Positions 9,126 to 19,014 are shown, counted from the stretch's first letter. The stretch is 64,000 bases of DNA from Minisyncoccota bacterium (GCA_036169735.1 JAVHNX010000051.1:8569-72568), one strand, 5' to 3'. Translations and numbers: made by a program. Notes: a model not told the origin generated them from the letters alone.

Positions 9126-9142
9126 TGTAGTACAATAATACC

Positions 9143-10085
9143 ATGCCTGAATTACCAGAAGTAGAGACAACCACTAGGGGCCTGAGAAAAGAGACTGTAG
9201 GCCTTAAAATAAAAGACGTTTGGACAGATTTAAATACCAAGGATAAACGTCAACATGATGCGGTCGCGAACCCGAAGTATTTTACTATTTTTAAAAAAGA
9301 AGTCGCGAACAAAAAAATAATATCAGTAGAAAGACAGGCAAAAAATATTTTGATAAATATGTCGGGTGGCAAAACTATTTTAATTCACCTAAAAATGACT
9401 GGTCATCTACTTTATGGAAAGTATAAATTTCACCCCTCCCCAACCCTCCCCTTAGCAAAGGGAGGGAGAAGTGTGGGGTCAATGGCTACCAGACGAACAG
9501 GGACCGCTACAAGACCCTTACAACAGGTTCATACATGTTATTTTTACTTTATCCAATAAAAAACATTTAGCTTTTTCAGATGCACGCAAATTTGGAAAGA
9601 TAACTTTGCTTGATACTAAAACAGCTCATGATTCAAGACATCTAAAAGATTTAGGACCAGATCCCCTATCTAAAGATTTTAGTTTAGAAAAATTTAAAGA
9701 AAGACTTTTTAAAAAACCAAATGGAAAAATAAAAACAATTCTAGTAGACCAGAGTGTACTCACTGGTATCGGAAATATTTATTCTGATGAAATACTTTGG
9801 TATGCAGGAATTCATCCAGAAAGAAGAGTGAAAGATATTAAGGAAAATGAATTCAAAAAAATGTTTCAAGTCACCAAAGAGACTTTAACTAAAGGTATAA
9901 ACTTTGGTGGAGACTCAATGTCAGATTACCGCAATATTTATGGTCTTCCAGGCAAATTTCAACTACACCACGAAGCTTATCATAGAACTGGGGAGAAATG
10001 CAGAAGAAAAGGATGCAAGGGTGTTATAATAAGAAAAGTTATTAATAGTCGGAGCGCACATTTTTGCTCCATTCATCAAATTTAA
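9143..10085 (+). pseudogene. fpg: Formamidopyrimidine-DNA glycosylase (Fpg/MutM), reading frame interrupted by a 49-bp GC-rich palindromic element (9431-9479)
   Basis: N-terminus MPELPEVE. C-terminal zinc finger CRRKGCKGV...CSIHQ. The two ORFs (9143-9559 and 9471-10085) are both Fpg segments in different frames. Removing nt 9431-9479 joins ...GKYKF to QWLPDEQGPLQDPYNRF... in frame. Confidence 0.75.
9431..9479. repeat. GC-rich palindromic element, family A (49 bp), disrupting fpg
   Basis: CACCCCTCCCCAACCCTCCCCTTAGCAAAGGGAGGGAGAAGTGTGGGGT. Its reverse complement matches the family A consensus CCTCCCCCTTnnnAAGGGGGAGGnTGGGAGGGGGT. Confidence 0.7.
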
Positions 10086-10100
10086 TTAAACAAAAAATAT

Positions 10101-10265
10101 ATGGCATGGGATCACTTAAAATGGTTAATCTTTGTTCTTATCGGACTTTGGTTTGTATGGTTTTTTACTGGTGGACCTCAAAGATATAGTAGCAATCAAG
10201 GACCTTTTCTTAGACCACCTGCTCCAATAGATACTGGGGAAATTTACGGACCTAAAGCTAAGTAG
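10101..10265 (+). CDS. Possible small membrane protein (54 aa)
   Basis: ATG-started ORF MAWDHLKWLIFVLIGLWFVWFFTGGPQRY... with one hydrophobic helix. Not in the supplied ORF track because it is under 60 aa. Support is weak. Confidence 0.25.
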   Translation: MAWDHLKWLIFVLIGLWFVWFFTGGPQRYSSNQGPFLRPPAPIDTGEIYGPKAK

Positions 10266-10282
10266 TGCAGTTTCTTTAAATT

Positions 10283-10783
10283 TTAAATACCTAGCATTCT
10301 AAAAAGTGCGATTCCTAAAGACACCGAAACATTCAATGACTCCTTCTTCCCTTTCATTGGAATCTCCGCAATAACATCACACTTCGATAAAATACTTTTT
10401 GGAATTCCAGAAACTTCCGTACCGACAATAAAAGCAGTCTTCTCTTTTGTTTTTACTTTTTTGTAATCAACAGAATTTTCTGACTGCTCTATGGCTATGA
10501 TTAAAAAACCTTCTTTCTTTAATTTTGTAATAAGTGGCAAAATACTTTTCTTTTGCTCCCATTGAACAAATTCTTCCGCACCGAGAGCAGACTTCGCTAT
10601 ATCTTTGCGCTTTATACCGAAACGATCCAAAGGTGCCGGAGTGTAACCAGTCAAATATATCTTGGAAATACCGGCTGCATCAGCCGTACGAAACATTGCT
10701 CCGACGTTCTCAGTACTACGAATATCAAGCAAAATTAAAACGTTTCCTTGATTTTGTTTGCCAATGGGTTGATTTTTTACCAT
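10283..10783 (-). CDS. SpoU/TrmH-family RNA 2'-O-methyltransferase
   Basis: SpoU-methylase motifs ILLDIRSTENVGAMFRTADAAG..., IVGTEVSGIP and NVSVSLGIALF. Start chosen at MVKNQPIG; the ORF track extends to 10864. Confidence 0.7.
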   Translation of the reverse strand: MVKNQPIGKQNQGNVLILLDIRSTENVGAMFRTADAAGISKIYLTGYTPAPLDRFGIKRKDIAKSALGAEEFVQWEQKKSILPLITKLKKEGFLIIAIEQSENSVDYKKVKTKEKTAFIVGTEVSGIPKSILSKCDVIAEIPMKGKKESLNVSVSLGIALFRMLGI

Positions 10784-10892
10784 ATTTCTTATACTATCAT
10801 AAGTACGCAATAGATTTGTGTTTGTGGTCTGTTGAAAAATAAATATATGCGCTGTGTGTAACATATAAGATAGGGTATATTTATATAATGAT

Positions 10893-10965
10893 GCGCTCGT
10901 AGCTCAGTCGGTAGAGCAGCTCCCTTTTAAGGAGATTGTCGTTGGTTCGATTCCAACCGAGCGCA
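10893..10965 (+). tRNA. tRNA-Lys (anticodon TTT)
   Basis: Acceptor GCGCTCG/CGAGCGC. D-arm TAGCTCAGTCGGTAGAGCA. Anticodon loop CTTTTAA. T-arm GTTGG-TTCGATT-CCAAC. Discriminator A; no encoded CCA. Confidence 0.8.
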
Positions 10966-10983
10966 CAAAACAAGAACCCAACA

Positions 10984-11007
10984 AAAGCACCCTGCGGTGC
11001 TTTTGTT
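10984..11007 (+). terminator. Hairpin terminator after tRNA-Lys
   Basis: AAAAGCACCCTGCGGTGCTTTTG. Confidence 0.5.
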
Positions 11008-11544
11008 TGTTTTGTGCGAGCCACAGGTATGTTTTGTTAGTAAACAAAACAACCGAGGCAGGGTCGTGAAAATTTTGTTTTGTCGAAAACAAAATTATTC
11101 CTGACCACAAACTAATTCGAGTTTCCGGAGATTTAAGATCCGGAAACAACCTAATTTTAATTAAAAAAAACTACAACGCAGAGAATTGTAGTTTTGTATT
11201 TTGCAGCTTATTTAAATATTTATTTTTTTGAACCGATAAATGCTTTCGCAAAGATAAACACACCATAATTCTGTCTATAATTTTCTATAATTTCCCCTCT
11301 AGGAGATGTAAACACAGCCTCAATAAAAATAGGTATTTTGATTGTTGTCTTATTGACGAATACTCTTAACAAGGTAAGTCTGATAAACGAGATTTTCTTT
11401 TTCATTTCTATAATTTTTAGGAACAGTTTAACTCAAATTTATTTACCCAAACAATATCACAAAAACATTGACGAGTCAAAGAATGTTTGGTAATGTGACG
11501 ATATATTTGTTGCTTGAAATAAACCAAACTTAATCCCTCACAAT

Positions 11545-12165
11545 ATGAAGCCTAACCTATTTTTTGATTTTGATAATACAAAATTCAACACCACCCCTGC
11601 TTTAATGTTATATATAAACCAAAGGTGGAATATAAACTCCATCGAATCTGATTACATAGGCAAAAACGATGATTTAGAATTAGTCGTGGGAAAATACAGA
11701 ACCGATATTGAAATTAATCGTGATGAAGTATACGAAGATCTTGGAAGAGATTACAATAAATCTATTCTACGACAAAAAGATGTTCCCTCTATAAAAAATA
11801 TGCGTAGGGTTATAAAGTTACTTTCAAAAAAATACACACTATGGACTGTAACAGCTCGACAAAAAGAAGGTATGCACGTCATTAAATACCTACTTGATAA
11901 ACACATTCCAGGATGTATCAGTGGTATCCACTGTGTATGGGAACGTAAAGCTAGTGGCATTTCCATAGAAACATCAAAAAAGGATTTTATTGAAAGCATT
12001 TCTGGAGAAAAAGTTGCATTCATTGATGATTCTCCAAAAGAGATATTAAAAATGCAATCAATTATTCCCTCTTACCTTTTTGACCCAAGTAAGTTACATG
12101 AAAATTTAACAGGAATAAATAACCGCATTTACAGTTGGAATGAAATCGGCAAAAAATTTCTTTAG
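11545..12165 (+). CDS. HAD-superfamily hydrolase, possibly 5'(3')-deoxyribonucleotidase-like
   Basis: HAD motif I FDFDNT (DxDxT), motif II WTVTAR and motif IV FIDDS. The product assignment is inferred. Confidence 0.5.
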   Translation: MKPNLFFDFDNTKFNTTPALMLYINQRWNINSIESDYIGKNDDLELVVGKYRTDIEINRDEVYEDLGRDYNKSILRQKDVPSIKNMRRVIKLLSKKYTLWTVTARQKEGMHVIKYLLDKHIPGCISGIHCVWERKASGISIETSKKDFIESISGEKVAFIDDSPKEILKMQSIIPSYLFDPSKLHENLTGINNRIYSWNEIGKKFL

Positions 12166-12175
12166 TTAAAAGCAA

Positions 12176-12207
12176 AACAGTATTACGTAAAAATAATACT
12201 GTTTTTT
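12176..12207. terminator. Bidirectional hairpin terminator
   Basis: AAACAGTATTACGTAAAAATAATACTGTTTTTTT. Confidence 0.6.
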
Positions 12208-12222
12208 TATTTCTATAAAAAA

Positions 12223-12681
12223 TTATCTCATCTGTTCCCCAACAGCTTCATCCTCTACATCTTTGTCTGCATCTGCCTTAGTAAGATGAATACGTCCATC
12301 AATATGATTTGGTGGAGCGTAAACTGTATAAATCTTTAGTGAACTCGTACCAGTATTTATAAAATTATGTTTTATACCAGGCGTAACAACCACAACATCA
12401 CCCGCAGCGATAGGACTTTCTTTTCCATCCAAGACTGCTTTACCGACACCACTCAAGAAGAACAGAGTCTGTTCAGTAAACTTATGTGTCTCTTCTCCAA
12501 CTTCCACACCAGGAGGAATATCCATCATAACGAGCTGACTTCTTGTACCAGTAAAAAGAACTTTTCTAAAATAAGTATTTGTTTCTGTTTCTTTAACGAT
12601 ATTTGTTATATATGGCATATGAGCTTTGCTATTTATTAAAAATAATTCATTACTCTGTTTATTTTGATAATAACGAAACAT
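12223..12681 (-). CDS. Cupin-domain protein with N-terminal membrane anchor
   Basis: Cupin-like core G(X)5HxH-like segment GEETHKF...GDVVVVTPGIKHNFINTG. Confidence 0.5.
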   Translation of the reverse strand: MFRYYQNKQSNELFLINSKAHMPYITNIVKETETNTYFRKVLFTGTRSQLVMMDIPPGVEVGEETHKFTEQTLFFLSGVGKAVLDGKESPIAAGDVVVVTPGIKHNFINTGTSSLKIYTVYAPPNHIDGRIHLTKADADKDVEDEAVGEQMR

Positions 12682-12782
12682 ACTGGCTAAAATAATAAAT
12701 AGGACTACTATAATTAAAACTAAATGCCATTTTTTTAATCTTTCTATAATATATTTATTATACTTATTTTTTAAAAACTATA

Positions 12783-13430
12783 CTAAAAAGCCTTAAGCAA
12801 AAACTGTTCAAAAGCAGATTCATCATCAAAACCAAACTTGCGGGACTCCGGTAAAAGATAAGAAATTTTTGATGCGAAGTTTTTTAACTCATCTTCTGAA
12901 AATTTCCTAAAACTCTTTTTCAAAATCATATCTTTCGCTTTCCAAAATAAGATTCCAATAAGTTCCTCCATCCCTACCCCTTTATCCATCGCTTGTCTGA
13001 AATGAACCCAAAGATTCAGTTTGTCTCTATCTTCAAAAGCGTAAGCCAAAAGAAAACTATTAAATTTTTCTTTTTTTTCTTTGGGTAGTTCAAAAATATT
13101 CAATTCTGCTCGAGCTTTTTTGAAACTATCCAGAACTGGTTTGTTTAGTTTACCTTCTAGAAAAATAAAATAATTTTTAGATCGCACCATAAACTCCAAC
13201 CTTTTCAAGATAAAATCCAAGGTCTCCTCACGCTCAAAAATATTTTCATAAACTACTGCACACTGCGTAAAAAAAAGACCAGCACCAGAATAAAAACTTT
13301 CTGTTTGCATTTGATTAAAATCATTTTTCCCAATAAAAAAAGTCTCCATATCTTTAGACAGAGACTTTATGAATTTCTTGTAAGTACTACGCTTGGTCTT
13401 AGTATCATCACCAGCAAAAAGATATATCAT
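12783..13430 (-). CDS. Probable DNA polymerase III delta subunit (HolA-like, short form)
   Basis: N-terminus MIYLFAGDD resembles the delta-subunit start (MIYLFYGED). Otherwise low-complexity. Moderate support. Confidence 0.45.
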   Translation of the reverse strand: MIYLFAGDDTKTKRSTYKKFIKSLSKDMETFFIGKNDFNQMQTESFYSGAGLFFTQCAVVYENIFEREETLDFILKRLEFMVRSKNYFIFLEGKLNKPVLDSFKKARAELNIFELPKEKKEKFNSFLLAYAFEDRDKLNLWVHFRQAMDKGVGMEELIGILFWKAKDMILKKSFRKFSEDELKNFASKISYLLPESRKFGFDDESAFEQFLLKAF

Positions 13431-13433
13431 ATA

Positions 13434-13934
13434 TTAAAATCTAAATAATTTTTTGTACTCGAGATATGGGGTACCGTATTTATCGACAAGGATTAATTCT
13501 TCTTTTCTTGAAAAGACAGACTTGGTTATAAAAAAAGAAATAACTGAAAATAAAATGACAAATGTAGCATTAACAATAAAACCAAAACTTAAAATCAAAA
13601 GGAAAAGACCGAAATATGTCGGTGTACGAGTAAAATAATAAGGACCATGACAAAAAGCTTCCTTGGTTACAGTTTCTTTTTTAAAATCTCTCAAAGTTCT
13701 TTGCGCCCAAAGAATTAGAACGGAAGACAAAACAAGCAGGACAAAACCAACAGGTGTCATGATAGACTGATCAAAAAATTTGTATGGAAAAATAAAATCA
13801 AAAAAGACTCCAAGCAAAAGAGCGGTAAAATAAAAAATATAAGAATACGCGAATATAATATGAATATTTTTGTTCGAGGAAGCCTTTGTATCCGGGCTAC
13901 ATATATTTGTTTGAGTTTTTTCTTCCAGACGCAT
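13434..13934 (-). CDS. Membrane methyltransferase-family protein (ICMT/PEMT-like)
   Basis: Multi-TM 166-aa protein. HGPYYFTRTPTYFG resembles the ICMT motif (G.Y...RHP.Y.G). Confidence 0.45.
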   Translation of the reverse strand: MRLEEKTQTNICSPDTKASSNKNIHIIFAYSYIFYFTALLLGVFFDFIFPYKFFDQSIMTPVGFVLLVLSSVLILWAQRTLRDFKKETVTKEAFCHGPYYFTRTPTYFGLFLLILSFGFIVNATFVILFSVISFFITKSVFSRKEELILVDKYGTPYLEYKKLFRF

Positions 13935-13972
13935 ACAGGATTAATTATACCACGAAAAATTGGTCAAGTATA

Positions 13973-16432
13973 TTATTTAACCTCTCCAAAATTATTTCCT
14001 GATCCAGAATGAACCTCTAGTGGGACGTCTGTTTTGAAGTGCAGATATGACCTTGAGAGTACTGTTTCCATTGCATTTAATATTATTTTTTCAGCTTTTG
14101 GCAGGACACTTTCCTCTATTTCGTAGACAATTTCATCATGAATTTGAAGTACCAAATGGGCCTTTTCCAATAAACCAGCCTCTTTTAGGTCTTCACAGCT
14201 GTAACGCATTGCTAGTTTGATAAGATCAGCCGCAGTTCCCTGCAAAGGTGCATTCGTAGCAGTACGTTCTGCCATTTTTTGTAAAAATGGAATTCTAGAT
14301 TTTATATTTGGAAAATATCTTTTTCTGCCAAACAAAGTCTCAGTGTAAGCATTTTTTGTTGCTGCAGCCTTGACCTCTTCTAAATAATCTCGCACACCTG
14401 AGAATTGATTAAAATAATTATCGTAAAAAGTTTGTGCTTCTGCTAGAGTACCTCCGAGATTTTTCTTTAGACTCGAAACTCCCATACCATAAATAATACC
14501 GAAGTTTATAACTTTCGCCCGACGACGCATTTCTTTGTCGATTTTATCCATTGGTACACCAAACACAAAAGAGGCTACCCCAGAGTGAATATCTTTTTTT
14601 TCTTTAAAAATCTGGGTCATTTTTTTATCACCCGAAAGTATCGCGGCAACACGAAGCTCAATCTGACTATAATCAAAAGCTGCGAGCTTGTAACCTTTCT
14701 CTGCTATGAACCCTCCACGGATTCTCCTACCGAGTTCTGATTTGATTGGTAAGTTTTGTAAATTTGGATCTTGAGATGAGAATCTTCCAGTCGTCGTGCC
14801 ATTCTGCAAAAACTTTGCGTGCAAGCGATTGTCTTCAGTCGTCATTTTTGGAATAACATCAATATAAGTAGAAAGTAATTTTTGTAATTCTCGGTAACTC
14901 ATTATTTCTTTTATGATTGGGTTCCCCTCTTCTAGTTCTTCGAGAACTGAAATCTTGGTTGAAAAAGAACCACTCGTACCTTTTTTCTTGGTAGTTTTAA
15001 TTCCCATTTTTTCAAAAAGAACTTCGGCAAGTTGTTTGGGAGAATTTATATTAAATTCTGTGCCAGCTATTTCATAAATCTTTTTGGTCAACTTATCCAA
15101 CTCAATATGATACTCAGCTGACAAACTTTCAAAATATTTTTTATCAATCAATATTCCATGATCTTGCATTTCTTTCACAATCGGCATTATCGGTTTTTCT
15201 ACTTCATCGAAAACAAGAGTGAGTTTTTCTTCATGAAGCTTTTTAAATACATATTCATAAGCAACCTTAAAAGACTCAGTCTTGGCATAAAATAAAATAT
15301 CATCCAAGCTTGGGTTCGTCATATCAGAATTGATAAGCCACAAAGCAATAGAGGCTTCCTGTAGCTCATTTGGATATATCTCTTCAATATTCTCTGCCAC
15401 AGAAGGCCCCTGTAAATTTAGAGGTTTTTCCGATGGTCTGGCCGAGCTTACTAGCGAAGGAGATCCGAGGACCTCGGTAAAATCTGCTAAATTTTCAGGG
15501 GCCTTCCCGTCACCTTTATTAAAAAAACCTCTTACTCTTGAGAGTAAACTCCTAAATTCAAACTCAGAAAAAACATGTTCAACTTTTTTCAAATCAGCAG
15601 CATCCCAAAAAGTCTTTTCTGGCATACTGAAATCTACCGGAGCATCAGTTCTTATTTTCGCTAATACTTTTGAAAACTCAGCTTCTTCTTCATTATTTTT
15701 TATCAGTTCGATGATTCTAGGTTTGATACCTGCTTTAATAAAAACTTCCGGGTCTTTCTTTATTTTTTTATAAATTTCCTCAATAGTTCCAAAATTAACA
15801 ATCAAATCTGTCGCAGTCTTTTCTCCAATACCTTTGATACCGATAATATTATCAGATGGGTCACCTCGTAGACCTTTGTAGTCCGGCAAGAGTCTTGGTT
15901 CGAAACCAAATCTTTCTTTCATTTTTTCTTCATCATATAAAATAGTGTCATTGATTCCCTTCTTCAAAGTAAAGACTTGGACTTTTTTACCATCTACGAG
16001 CTGCATTGTATCCATATCACCGGAAGCAATAATAATATTTATAGTTTTATCTTTTTTAAATTTTTCAACAATTGTACCCAAGACATCATCCGCTTCGAAA
16101 CCTGGGGCGTCATAAATCGGAATATTAAAAGCCTCAAAAATTTGTCGGGAACTTTTTAATTGTGAGATCAATCCTTCATCAGCTTTCGCTCGGCCTGCTT
16201 TGTATTTATCATAAGCTTCATGACGAAAAGTTTTCTGTGGCAAGTCATAACAAGCCACAATATAATCCGGCTTCAAATCAGTGATGATCTTCATTAACAT
16301 TGTTGAAAGACCATAGAGTGCACCAGTCGGCTCACCCTTGGACGACATAAATTCCGGCAAAGCATGATAAGCACGATGAATTATCGCATGTGAATCGAGC
16401 AACACTAATGTTTTAAGTTTATCATTTTTCAT
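13973..16432 (-). CDS. polA: DNA polymerase I (5'-3' exonuclease domain plus polymerase domain)
   Basis: FEN-like N-terminus LLDSHAIIHRAYHA. Pol A motifs DYSQIELRVAAILSGD, RRRAKVINFGIIYGMG and LQIHDEIVYE. Confidence 0.9.
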   Translation of the reverse strand: MKNDKLKTLVLLDSHAIIHRAYHALPEFMSSKGEPTGALYGLSTMLMKIITDLKPDYIVACYDLPQKTFRHEAYDKYKAGRAKADEGLISQLKSSRQIFEAFNIPIYDAPGFEADDVLGTIVEKFKKDKTINIIIASGDMDTMQLVDGKKVQVFTLKKGINDTILYDEEKMKERFGFEPRLLPDYKGLRGDPSDNIIGIKGIGEKTATDLIVNFGTIEEIYKKIKKDPEVFIKAGIKPRIIELIKNNEEEAEFSKVLAKIRTDAPVDFSMPEKTFWDAADLKKVEHVFSEFEFRSLLSRVRGFFNKGDGKAPENLADFTEVLGSPSLVSSARPSEKPLNLQGPSVAENIEEIYPNELQEASIALWLINSDMTNPSLDDILFYAKTESFKVAYEYVFKKLHEEKLTLVFDEVEKPIMPIVKEMQDHGILIDKKYFESLSAEYHIELDKLTKKIYEIAGTEFNINSPKQLAEVLFEKMGIKTTKKKGTSGSFSTKISVLEELEEGNPIIKEIMSYRELQKLLSTYIDVIPKMTTEDNRLHAKFLQNGTTTGRFSSQDPNLQNLPIKSELGRRIRGGFIAEKGYKLAAFDYSQIELRVAAILSGDKKMTQIFKEKKDIHSGVASFVFGVPMDKIDKEMRRRAKVINFGIIYGMGVSSLKKNLGGTLAEAQTFYDNYFNQFSGVRDYLEEVKAAATKNAYTETLFGRKRYFPNIKSRIPFLQKMAERTATNAPLQGTAADLIKLAMRYSCEDLKEAGLLEKAHLVLQIHDEIVYEIEESVLPKAEKIILNAMETVLSRSYLHFKTDVPLEVHSGSGNNFGEVK

Positions 16433-16556
16433 TAATGAAAATTATAGCATTTATAGTGATTTTATTTAAAAAACGGTAGGTCTTGCCTACAGCTTACATT
16501 ATTGTTCCAGTTCACGTTCACCTTACAAAGCTCGCCTTTTGCAATAAAACCATCTC

Positions 16557-16608
16557 TTCCGCTAGGTTTCCGCTAGGTCTTTCCGCTAGGTCTTGCCTAG
16601 CGGAAGAT
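16557..16608. repeat. REP-like hairpin cluster (left flank of RAYT): TTCCGCTAGGT tandemly repeated three times, then the inverted copy CCTAGCGGAAG
   Basis: Seen directly. Forms the hairpin CTTCCGCTAGG-tcttg-CCTAGCGGAAG. A partial related hairpin (GTAGGTCTTGCCTAC) lies at about 16470. Confidence 0.7.
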
Positions 16609-17257
16609 TATAATTGAACCAATCAAAAACTTCTTGCCAAAAAACATCTTCAGTTGGAAAATACTTCGGAAAAGATTTCCTATCTAAAATCTTTTCCTCT
16701 ACTCTTTTGAATCCGGAATAATCAAGGAAACTTGAGTATTGATAATTTTTAAGATAATTTAACGTAATATTTTTATTTTTAATACCCTTTTCTATCCATT
16801 CTTTATCTATTAGTTTAATGGGATTAAAATGAATATAAGAAAATACATATTTCAAATATTGATCAGTATTGAGATGTTGTGATTTAAACTTACCTTCGAA
16901 TAATCCACCTGTTCGCTTATATTTTTTATTATAATACATCACATAAGCAGTAGAAAGCTTTTGCATAAATTTACTTAGGTTCCCATCATCTCCTTGAGTA
17001 ATCAATAAATGAAAATGATTAGGCATCAAACAATATGCTCCGATACTAACTAATGGACTATTTCTATCTATATCAAATAAAGTATCTCCTTTCGACAAAT
17101 TATCAATTTTAAAGTTATCTTTCTGGTTACAAGCATACAAAAGACCAATAAAGTGAACATAATCTTCTTTACTATTAAAAATTTTTTGCTTACTGTTTCC
17201 CCTATTATAAATATGATAATACTCACCTAGAGCAAACGGCACTGTGCGTATAGACAT
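16586..17257 (-). mobile_element. REP-associated tyrosine transposase (RAYT; IS200/IS605-type Y1 HUH transposase TnpA)
   Basis: Conserved motifs YHIYNRGN.KQ.IF and LMPNHFHLLI (HUH). Flanked by inverted REP-like hairpins at 16557-16608 and 17277-17316. Start chosen at MSIRTVPF; the ORF track extends to 17329 through the REP. Confidence 0.75.
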
Positions 17258-17276
17258 AATATTATTATATACTTTC

Positions 17277-17316
17277 CTCTCCGCTAGGCAAGACCTAGCG
17301 GAAGACCTAGCGGAAC
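17277..17316. repeat. REP-like hairpins (right flank of RAYT): CCGCTAGGcaagacCTAGCGGAAGACCTAGCGGAA
   Basis: Same CCGCTAGG/CCTAGCGG palindrome as the left flank, in inverted orientation. Confidence 0.7.
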
Positions 17317-17605
17317 ACACGCGTCCCAAACCATGAAACGCTGTATATTATTTGGAAAATAAATTTCTCCAGATTATCTCACCAACAAATTATTTTTTAT
17401 TTTTTCACAATACCACAACTCTTTTGTTAGGCATTACCCAACAAAACTCTCTGTAATATTGCAAATATATCTTTTACCCTAAGCTTGTACTAGGACACAA
17501 CCAAAGATAACAAAAGAATACATACCTATTATACAAAATTACATAAAAAAATCCCCCTGAAAAATTTCAGAGGGATTAAGAGATTAAGAACTTAAGGGTT
17601 TAGTC

Positions 17606-18442
17606 TTAAGAATTTAAGCGAAATGTTGCAGGAACCACAAAACGATGCCGACCCGAAGCACACCAAACACTGTAGTACGACAACCTGTCGACATTGAGCA
17701 GCAAGCGACCATCGTCACTGAAGTACACGTCGGCAACGAAGAACTCTTTCTTTTTTTCAACTTCTTCTTCAAAAAGGAAGAAAGTTCCACAACCATCCGT
17801 GCGAAGCCATGAAGAGTTTTCAAGACAAAATTTTTCAATTTGTTCCTGTGAATCAAATTTCAATTTCTTAAGATCCACATTGAATGAATTAAAAATTTCT
17901 TTGAAAGTTCCATCTTTAGCATGCATTTCCCAAACTTCTGCTTCTGTTTCCAAAGTAGCCGGCTGAGCAGTATCAAGTTTCCAATTTTTAAAATCATTAT
18001 CTAAATGAGCAGGAAAACTTTTACTAGCATAAGCCAATGAAGCTCTCGGTCCACCAGTGCAAGCAGAAATTTTTGGATTTTTACCTCCTGAAATCAAGCG
18101 GAGGTGAGATGTTTCTTTTACTTCATTTGTTATTGCAGATTTAATTGTTTCAACTTTTGGGAAAATTTTACGGAACATTTCTTCCATAATTTTTGGAAGA
18201 TCTTTATTCCCAATAATTTCATTTTGCATATCCTCTTCGTAAACCCAAGATGGGATTGCTTTTAAGATTGCATTATTTGCTTCGGTAGTATGCTTTGCAA
18301 ACTTTCCGACATTCTCAATTAGTTTTGTCATGAGCATTTCGTATTTTATTGTAAAAGAAATATAGATTTTCGAGCGAAGCTCAGGCAGTCTTTTGACCTT
18401 AAAACTAGATAAAGTATAGCACAAAAAGTGGTCATTTGTCAA
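17606..18442 (-). CDS. Hypothetical protein
   Basis: Long ORF directly downstream of tsaE. No recognisable motifs. The true start is probably internal (MLMTKLIENVGKF). Confidence 0.4.
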   Translation of the reverse strand: MTNDHFLCYTLSSFKVKRLPELRSKIYISFTIKYEMLMTKLIENVGKFAKHTTEANNAILKAIPSWVYEEDMQNEIIGNKDLPKIMEEMFRKIFPKVETIKSAITNEVKETSHLRLISGGKNPKISACTGGPRASLAYASKSFPAHLDNDFKNWKLDTAQPATLETEAEVWEMHAKDGTFKEIFNSFNVDLKKLKFDSQEQIEKFCLENSSWLRTDGCGTFFLFEEEVEKKKEFFVADVYFSDDGRLLLNVDRLSYYSVWCASGRHRFVVPATFRLNS

Positions 18443-18462
18443 GCCATGAAAAATATCCTTAT

Positions 18463-18951
18463 TTATAGTCCTTTTATCTTGAAGCTTCTATGCCCTTCTT
18501 TGGTATGCGAGATTGAAATCTTGTGATGTTTTTTCGGCATAGCTTTTTTAACATTCTCCGGCCATTCAATAAAAACTAAATGTTCTGGGTTTGAAATTAT
18601 TTCTGCCCAGCCTAGATTTAAGAGTTCTTGTTCGTTTTTTAATCTGTATGCGTCTAAGTGAAAAAGATTCTTGAACCCGTTCTTTCTCCTCCCCCTTACC
18701 AAGGGGGAGGTTGGGAGGGGGTTCTTCAGTGGATACCGCCTCATAATCACATAAGTCGGACTATTCACCTTGCCCTTGATACCCAAAAGTTTCGCGACGG
18801 CTTGAGTGAAAGTAGTCTTCCCTGTTCCGAGTTCACCCGACAAACCAATAACGCACGCGTTTTTACATTCTTTATTTAAAACGGTATCGAGGAATTCTTC
18901 CGCTATCTTTTCTGTGTCTTTTTGATTTTTTGAAATTATCTTATTTGGCAT
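18463..18951 (-). CDS. tsaE: tRNA threonylcarbamoyladenosine biosynthesis ATPase TsaE (YjeE)
   Basis: P-loop LSGELGTGKTTFTQ and the ...SPTYVIMRRYPL...HLDAYRL pattern. Contains an in-frame family-A element adding about PLPTSPLVRGRR. Confidence 0.75.
   Translation of the reverse strand: MPNKIISKNQKDTEKIAEEFLDTVLNKECKNACVIGLSGELGTGKTTFTQAVAKLLGIKGKVNSPTYVIMRRYPLKNPLPTSPLVRGRRKNGFKNLFHLDAYRLKNEQELLNLGWAEIISNPEHLVFIEWPENVKKAMPKKHHKISISHTKEGHRSFKIKGL
18688..18723. repeat. GC-rich palindromic element, family A, in-frame in tsaE
   Basis: CCTCCCCCTTACCAAGGGGGAGGTTGGGAGGGGGTT. Confidence 0.65.
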
Positions 18952-19014
18952 ATATTTTACATTTTAGCATAAAAAAAAGACCCCAAATATTTGGGGTCTC
19001 ACTAAATAATTATA

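Noticed and set aside
9143-10085. Two separate genes (ORFs 9143-9559 and 9471-10085)
   Set aside because: Both segments are collinear parts of Fpg. The split is caused by the 49-bp element or a frameshift, so they are treated as one interrupted gene.
10904-11149. Minus-strand 81-aa ORF
   Set aside because: It overlaps the tRNA-Lys gene and a hairpin-rich spacer. It is a spurious ORF. The same applies to 2854-3042 (+), which covers tRNA-Arg.
16586-17329. N-terminal 24 residues of the transposase ORF (MGRVCSARSSARSCLAERK...)
   Set aside because: This stretch is translation of the REP hairpin repeats. The conserved protein begins at MSIRTVPF, so the start was moved to 17257.
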